Of a DNA stretch of 64,000 bases, positions 58,511-64,000 are shown one piece after another (positions within the stretch are counted from its first letter, which is position 1; each line of letters opens with the position of its first letter). Made by a program: the position numbers and the translations under genes. The notes beneath the pieces were generated by a model that did not search any database, was not told where the DNA came from, and was given only the letters and a program-made list of their open reading frames with translations. Location of the stretch: IMG/VR virus record IMGVR_UViG_3300028840_002702, positions 18,745 to 82,744 of that record; one strand, given 5' to 3'. Source of the stretch: a virus.

Positions 58511-60313
58511 ATGTTCTGTGAAACATGTAAAATGAATGACCGCTTAGTTGAAGGCGATTTCTTTTGTGAAGAATGTAACGAAGCTAAATGCGAAGAGTGT
58601 ATGTTAAACTGTGAAGCATGTGGTTTCGATCTTTGTGATTCTTGTAATGAAGATTTGGATGTATGTCCACAATGTAAAGAACCTTTAAAATGAAAAATAT
58701 TGTTTGTTATCTCGTATTGCTCACCATCGCAATTGTAGGTCTTGTTAGATGTGAACAAGTTGAATCAATACTTGGAAGCTACGCATTTTTAATGAGTGCA
58801 ATTGCGATAGTGATTCTTATTTTTATGGAGATAATAACAATTGCAACTGGAGAAAATAAATGAGAATGCTTGTAACATTTGGTCAAGAACATGCTCATAG
58901 AATCAATAACCAAACTCTTGACAAAGATTCAGTGGCAGTAATTAATTGTGATAATTATGATCACGGTCGCAAACTTGCATTTGAATTTTTTGATAACAAA
59001 TTTCACAATACATATGAAGAAGGAAAAGAACCGTCTAACTTAATGTTCTGGTTCCCACGAGGAAAAATCGAGGTTAATTAATGCCTAAAGTACAAATTGT
59101 TAAATATGATATCACGGTTACTGAACCACCATTTACTTTAATTGTTGTTGGTGAGTTTGAATATGATGAACCAATAGATGATCATCTCGGAGAAAAACGC
59201 TCAATAATCTTGGCTCGTGAATGTAGAAAACAAGGTTTTGATATGCAGTTTATTACATCAAGTGATGCTGAAGGATATGATCATGATGTTTTTGTTCATC
59301 TAACACAAGAAGAATGGCCGCATTGTAGTGATGGTAAATTTAATTGTTTTTGTTCTCGGGATGAAAAACTCTATAATCGATATAACGAATTTAACTATAT
59401 TGATATTGAGAGTACCAATTTTCCTCCGTGTCCCATTTGTGATAATAATGCAGTTTATCCATCTGAATTTTTCTTTAATAAAGAAGAACCAAATCTTACT
59501 TGTATGAAATGTAATTTAAATCTACATTTAGCTGATTGGAAAATATTAGCGGAGCGAGTAGACAGAACAAAGGTTGCAACTATCTAATGGATTATTACGA
59601 ACAAGAACGCATTAAACAACAAAAATTTGATCGGCAATTTAAAGCTGCTCAACAACGTTACGATAACCAGCTTCCACCTGATTATGAAGATGGCCCTGAA
59701 TTTGAAGACTATCCCAGCGAATATCGTGGGTGGAAATGTCTTGAATGTCATGAAATTTATTTGGCATCAGAATATGATGATGAACCAACGAAATGTCAAT
59801 GTTGTTTTGAATGTGCAGATGAATATCCGGATCCTCATCCAGGATTTGAAGAGTACATTGATTATAATGGATTTAATCAGTATCAAAATGATGCTGAAGC
59901 CGAAGCTGCATTAGATGCAATGGATTGGTAACATGAAAAAACGAAATAGATATACTCATCGAAATATTTTTGGCAAGGTTATGGAAACTTTCTATAACTT
60001 TCATGGAACTGTTGAAGAAGCAGTAGAAATTCTTCGTCCACATCACTGGATCTTAAATGAAATTTATAAGAACAGTCTTGAAGAAGAAACCAAGCTTAGT
60101 AAAGAATATGGGTTTGATTCTAAACCTGATACTAGGAGTGGCGAAGAAACATATGGATATAAATCAGACGAAGATATCTTATGTAACCTCTTTTATATCT
60201 CAGATCGATGGGGTTGTGCATTTCGTGTCAGATGGATACTTGATTTAATTGATCGTTATGATGAAAACAAGAATAATTCTAAAGACAAAAAAAGTTTTAA
60301 AAAAATAATATGA
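58511..60313 (+). CDS. Operon of six small ORFs (58511-58693 Cys-rich, 58690-58863 TM, 58860-59081, 59081-59587, 59587-59931, 59933-60313)
   Basis: Translationally coupled starts and stops; many CxxC motifs. Confidence 0.6.
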
Positions 60314-60317
60314 AGTT

Positions 60318-60345
60318 TATACTTTTTAATGTTTGATGTTATATT
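60318..60345 (+). promoter_or_regulatory. Early promoter
   Basis: TATACT-N16-TATATT followed by a long 5' hairpin. Confidence 0.78.
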
Positions 60346-60429
60346 ATATTATCAAAGGAATAATAGTAAATCCATTATTATTCCCTTTAATTAAAACTGG
60401 GCCTCTGCCCACAACATGGAGTAACCACC

Positions 60430-60927
60430 ATGATCAGCAAAGCTGAAGCAATCCAAGCCATCCTGGCTGAAGCCGTCGCCTCCCTTGAGGCTCGTAAAGA
60501 CAACCTGACATCCGAAGACATCGCCCTCCTCGGCGCTATCTGGCGTTGCAGCTACACCTCCCACACCAACTTCAACAGTGAAGTGGTTGAATCCTTTGGC
60601 CGCATCACCAACTACGGTGGCGACCTTCCGATGATCGACGGTCTGACCGAAGAAGAAACCGAAGAGTACACCGCGATCGTTAAGAACGGTCACAAGTGGA
60701 TCGGTAAGTGGGGCGTAATGCCGGAAATTACCGAACGCCTCGAAGCTGAAGAAGCCGAACGGAAGCGTCTGGAAGAAGAAGCCAAGGCGGAAGCCAAGGT
60801 GAAAGCCGAGCAGGAAAAGAAGGAAAAGGAAGAAGCTGAAGCGAAAGCTGCAGCCGAAGCCGAAGCCGAAGAACAATCCGAGCCGGCCCAGACCACGAAG
60901 AAAGGCAGCAAAAAGAAGTCTGCCTAA
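60430..60927 (+). CDS. GC-rich early protein with EAK-rich tail; paralog of 42150..42581
   Basis: IWRCSYTSHT..NYGG..HKWIGKW; ends KSA like its paralog. Confidence 0.85.
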   Translation: MISKAEAIQAILAEAVASLEARKDNLTSEDIALLGAIWRCSYTSHTNFNSEVVESFGRITNYGGDLPMIDGLTEEETEEYTAIVKNGHKWIGKWGVMPEITERLEAEEAERKRLEEEAKAEAKVKAEQEKKEKEEAEAKAAAEAEAEEQSEPAQTTKKGSKKKSA

Positions 60928-60950
60928 CTTCCACACTACCCTGGAATAAT

Positions 60951-60978
60951 TACGGGGTCCAATTGGACCCCGTACTTT
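60951..60978 (+). terminator. GC-rich hairpin, terminator-like
   Basis: TACGGGGTCC-AATT-GGACCCCGTA then CTTT. Confidence 0.7.
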
Positions 60979-60983
60979 AATGG

Positions 60984-61131
60984 TATCTTAATAAGATATT
61001 ACTAGTTTTAAACTAGCGTCGCATCATCTTGACTAGTAATATCTTATTAAGATATCATAAGAAGTAGTAGGCTGGTCGAAGCTCTCCAATAGGATGACAA
61101 TCGCTGGTAAGACTCACTTATGATATCTTAA
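60984..61131 (+). other. Two overlapping long inverted repeats (structured intergenic RNA)
   Basis: 23-bp perfect IR 60984-61006 / 61032-61054; 15-bp perfect IR 61047-61061 / 61117-61131. Confidence 0.75.
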
Positions 61132-61159
61132 TTAAATCTTAATCAAAAGGAAAGCTACA

Positions 61160-63542
61160 ATGGCTACATGCTTTAGAGTCTATTCAGATGGTAGCAAGAA
61201 AAAATTCTCACCGCAATCATTAGCCGACCAAAATGACTGGATTGAATTTAATAAGATCCATCGTTTTGGTTGTGCTTTAGTTGTTGGTGATAGATATATT
61301 GATGGCACTGGATATCCAGCTGCTAGACAACATGCGGAACACTTTGTTGAAGAAATGAAAGGATCAGGGTGGTTAACATGACAAATTTAAACTGGCCTTC
61401 GACCAACGAACTATTTAACAATTGGTATAAAGGTGATGCTTTTATTGAACCTGCTCAACCTGCTCAACCTGATTGGATAAAGAAGTTTAATGACTTTTGT
61501 AATCTATTACCTGAAGCAGATGATTCAGTTCCATATAGTAAAGAATTATACAACCGTATTGAGAAGATTGTTCCCGAACAAATGATTGATTGGATGATTG
61601 GTGATGGACCAGGATTTTATGATTGGGCTTTACGTCATCAAACTGAAGTTGAGAAATATGTAGACTTAGTAATCGATACTAAGTTAGAATATGACAAATC
61701 TCAAGAAGATTTAAAGAAAGAAGATGTTGAAAGAATGAATAACAACGCTTGGCTACTTACGCAAGAACTTGAAGGATTGGAAGAACATCAATCTACATTA
61801 CGATCTGTCAATGAACAACTTCAAAGTTCTCATTTACAAATAGCAATTCGAGATATTGATGAAGCAATTGATAGTATCCGAGAAGTAATTGATGAATGTG
61901 AGGATGCAGATGAAGAAGCGAATTAAGAAAAAGATGGTCCGTGATGGAATATGTCCTTGTTGTAAAAGTGGTAATGGAATTGCGCATTTTGATTCTACCA
62001 CTTACAAACGGTTTATGAATGTTTGTACTGATTGTTTTACTTGTTCTATCATTAATGAAAATGGACATATTGAATATGAAGTAAATGAAGAATTTAAAAA
62101 GACATGGCAAGAAGCTGAAAAACAACCCATGTCTCCTCAGATGAAAAAGTTCCTAGAAAAATTGGAGGATAATAATGGAAGTAGCAACGACAATAACGAA
62201 GATCTTTAAACGTCGAGTTGAAGATATAGACTATGTATTGGATATTCCTCATTGCATGACAAAGGGTGAGTCTATTGGTTGCCCTTGTAATCACGAAACA
62301 GTTTGTAATGGTGATGGTGCAGCACGAGAGTTTAACCACGAAGATATGTATGAAATCAAAACAACAGGCTTTCCAAGCTGGTGTCCATTAGAGAATAAAA
62401 ATGATTGATAATACGCTTAAATTAATTGAACAGGGTAAACTACGAGAGAAAGAACTCTGTAAAGAACAAAAGCTCTGTGATATTTGTAAGCGTCATTTGG
62501 CGATTAAGCCACGTATTTGGTTTGGTATTTCATTAGATATTTGTACTGAGTGTATCAAGAGTCACAATATTATTCTTAACCAAAAGGAAAAGTGATATGG
62601 ACAACAAAACACATGCAAGAATGCGGCATTTTTATCTGTACGCAAAACATCATTACAAAGCTTCTGATGATGTAATGGCTGATCTTAAAGTTATCTATGA
62701 TGACTTTGTTGGTCACGATTGTGGTGAAGAACGAGACATCATGCACTGGCTTTTGAAACTCGGTTATCTACATATCAAATCTGAACGTGATTTTTCTGAA
62801 TTTATGAATGACATTCATCCAATGAATGCTTTCCGAGTTGGATGTAGTTCACCTGGATTTATGCAACCATCTGAAGATCCATATTGGACACGAGTAGCCC
62901 GAGCTATTCTTTCAAGACTTTTCAATACGACTGTTAATGAAATTGATTTTGATCTCGGTGAACCAGATGAAAGTCTTTTACCACTACGATTTAAACAAGA
63001 ATTCATTGATGAAATGAATGAAATCGGATTTGAATATGATGGTGATAGTACGTTCACACATAACTATCAATACGAATATACAATTGCTGGTCCAACTACC
63101 GCTTTTGTATGTGTCGATTGGATTAATCGTACTGCCAAAGCATATGATGATACTGAAGAAGATAACGAAGAAGTTTGGCACTATGCAAACCTTTACGATG
63201 CTATCAGGAATATTAAAGAAATAGCAGAATCAGGAACATTCGATATCAGACAATCATAATAACGAAGATAGTCTAGACTCTAGCACTTAAACTGACATAA
63301 ATAAAGGAACACATATTATGACAATCGGAGATGTCGTTAAACACAAAGAAACAACCAAGTATAACAATTGGATGGATCAAGTTGATAAACTTCTATCTAA
63401 GCAGTTTGGAGTTACTTCCCAACATCTAGAAGATTATATTTGGAGAAATTGTTTCGAAAGTGGATCTTCACCTGCTGAGGCTATTGATGATTTTATCTAT
63501 GATAATTATCCTGAATTGGCTGATGAAATGGGTATGAACTGA
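61160..63542 (+). CDS. Run of hypothetical early ORFs (61160-61381, 61378-61926, ~61910-62209, 62175-62408, 62401-62595, 62597-63259, 63318-63542)
   Basis: Closely packed ORFs with RBSs; no function recognised. Confidence 0.6.
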
Positions 63543-63629
63543 TCTTCATAAACTTCCAACTGTACATTTAACCGCTAAACAAAGAGCATTAGCAAAGCTA
63601 ACTGCTAAAGATAAAGAGGCACCTGGATT

Positions 63630-64000
63630 ATGATTATGTTTGCAAAGGGTGAAGCACGCTACGGCGGTAAAGGTAGTCCTACTGATGATATTACATTAGA
63701 AAATACACCAATAAACTGTGGAGAGTATTACTATTTTATGGGTCAAGAGCGTGTTTATGTAAAACAAGTACATCGATCGGAAATGTTTAGTAATCAAGTT
63801 ATGTGTTTAGTTGCACCTGATGGCGAAAGTTATACGTATATTATTGCTGAATCATTAACTAAGAACGCTGAAGACTTTGACCTTAAAGCTTGGGATGAAT
63901 ATCTTAAACCGTTTAAACAAGCTAGAGAACAGTATGAAGAAGAAAATAAAGACAACCCTGTTATACAGTTTCGTAAAGATTTGAGAGAAGTTAGTAAACA
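63630..64000 (+). CDS. Hypothetical protein, 3'-truncated by the window edge
   Basis: MIMFAKGEARYGGKGSP... open to the end of the window; GAGG RBS. Confidence 0.6.
   Translation, partial: MIMFAKGEARYGGKGSPTDDITLENTPINCGEYYYFMGQERVYVKQVHRSEMFSNQVMCLVAPDGESYTYIIAESLTKNAEDFDLKAWDEYLKPFKQAREQYEEENKDNPVIQFRKDLREVSK

Noticed and set aside
1-64000. tRNA genes, alternative genetic code, reverse transcriptase/DGR
   Set aside because: No cloverleaf or T-loop consensus noticed by eye (tRNAscan not run); genes are intact under the standard code; no RT motifs seen

Overview
This window is a 64-kb piece of a large, AT-rich, T4-related (jumbo-type) bacteriophage genome, with almost all genes on the + strand. 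All assignments come from motif recognition, not database searches. 1-16.4 kb: a glycan-biosynthesis island (APS kinase, sulfotransferase-like, GT2/GT4/GT10/GT29-like glycosyltransferases, methyltransferases, CMP-ulosonate synthetase, HpcH aldolase, 2-hydroxyacid dehydrogenase). 16.4-36.4 kb: GroES, class II ribonucleotide reductase, dUTPase, dCMP deaminase, family B DNA polymerase, and a DNA-modification module (alpha- and beta-glucosyltransferase-like genes flanking a C5-methyltransferase-like gene, ThyX, dNMP kinase, dCMP hydroxymethylase-type thymidylate synthase homologue). A dispersed family of at least 9 late-promoter-associated genes shares a capsid-targeting-like leader ending LxE-AFKxP (candidate injected internal proteins). 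41-46 kb is repeat-rich: a 37-38 bp period array, G-quadruplex motifs, TGATCA clusters and a recurrent strand-specific ACGAG-N9-ACGAG signal; it is a candidate origin, packaging or entry region. 42-64 kb is a hyperplastic early region of small ORFs behind a repeated TTTACT-N16-TATATT promoter, including a sigma70-like factor. No tRNA, rRNA or canonical CRISPR array was seen.
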